From positions 9,920,001-9,984,000 of the forward strand of contig JAGIQG010000010.1 in assembly GCA_024679065.1 (NCBI GenBank): DNA of 64,000 nt, written 5' to 3'. Source of the DNA: Sphyrna mokarran. Its lineage: Eukaryota. Every line of letters begins with the position of its first letter. The stretch's first letter is position 1. Under the pieces are notes generated by a model that did no database searches, had not been told where the DNA came from, and was given only the letters and a program-made list of their open reading frames with translations. The translations under genes were made by a program, and so were the position numbers. Shown here in pieces: positions 63,400-64,000 of this stretch.

Positions 63400-63850
63400 A
63401 TCCCCCAAACTAACAGAAGTGGACCATTCAATCATTCAAGCCAATTCCGACATTCTGCATTATGGATGATCTATATCTTAATTTAGTCCATCCTCCTTAC
63501 CTCCAAATCTTTCTATATCAATATCTAGCAAAAAAATTAACCAACTCGTATTTAAAATGATTTATTGAGCAGGCAACTGCAGCTTTTTATGGGTAAGTTT
63601 CACACTTCTACTGTATATTGCCTGAAGATGTTTTTTAATAACTCCTCTCCCCGATAACCTGGTTCAGGTCTCAGTATGTTCTCTAGGCCTTAAGGCTCCC
63701 AAACATAGAAAACAAACAGGTTCATCTCAATTGATTTATTTCAAGATGCTAAAAACCTCAAAAATATCACCCCTTAACTTCTTATATTGCAGATAATAAG
63801 CACTGAGTTGATGTATTCTTTCCACATAATCTAATCCCTGGAACTCTGAG
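63400..63850 (-). mobile_element. Old CR1 3' fragment
   Basis: Degenerate antisense CR1 tail and RT C-terminal sequence. Confidence 0.65.
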
Positions 63851-63868
63851 GCCAGATTTTCCTGTTAT

Positions 63869-64000
63869 GGAATCCCTACAGAAGGTAGCCATTCAGCCCA
63901 TCAAGTCTGCACTGGCACAATCCCACCAAGGCCTTATTCCTGTAACCCCCCATATTTACCCTGCTAATCCTCCAGACACTAGGGTTAGTTTATGGCCAGC
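63869..64000 (-). mobile_element. HE1-type V-SINE tail, cut by window end
   Basis: gaatccctacagaagg...gcacaatcccacc...catatttaccctgctaatcc. Confidence 0.85.

Noticed and set aside
1-64000. CRISPR arrays, operons, rRNA or viral genes
   Set aside because: No regularly spaced repeat-spacer array or gene-dense block. Nearly all listed short ORFs are TE-derived or random.

Overview
This is eukaryotic DNA from a cartilaginous fish. The repeat complement (HE1/V-SINEs, shark-type CR1, Penelope, Rex1, L2) points to a shark, and the SINE variants resemble smooth-hound (Mustelus-like) ones, though that is inference. The whole window lies inside the DACH1 (dachshund family transcription factor 1) gene on the minus strand. 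Two coding exons are identifiable with intact AG/GT boundaries: 62288-62423 (136 nt, ERVPDSPSPAPSLEDGRRPGSHPSSHRSSSVSSSPARTESSSDRV) and 60027-60161 (135 nt, PVHQNGLSINQALLGLSPTILPGPKEGDLACHDGGHEAKRMHTEKD, absent from the ORF track). I could not find the next (DD2-domain) exon, so 1-60026 appears to be one intron of more than 60 kb. That intron is a mosaic of transposon relics and repeat-free islands that look like developmental enhancers. The relics include one ~3.3 kb decayed CR1 LINE, many CR1/L2/Rex1/RTE/Penelope fragments, more than 25 V-SINEs with two alternative tails, a second tRNA-SINE family, Harbinger-like MITEs and solo-LTR candidates. I see no prokaryotic-type or clearly novel multi-gene system. 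The most interesting signals are small: a Penelope-borne minimal hammerhead ribozyme in the sense of the DACH1 pre-mRNA, a 69-nt hairpin whose mismatches are all G-U, a CpG-decayed tRNA-Asn copy, a diverged 180-bp direct repeat, template-switch scars, and candidate poison and recursive splice sites. Repeat family names and human exon numbering are from memory, and repeat boundaries are approximate.
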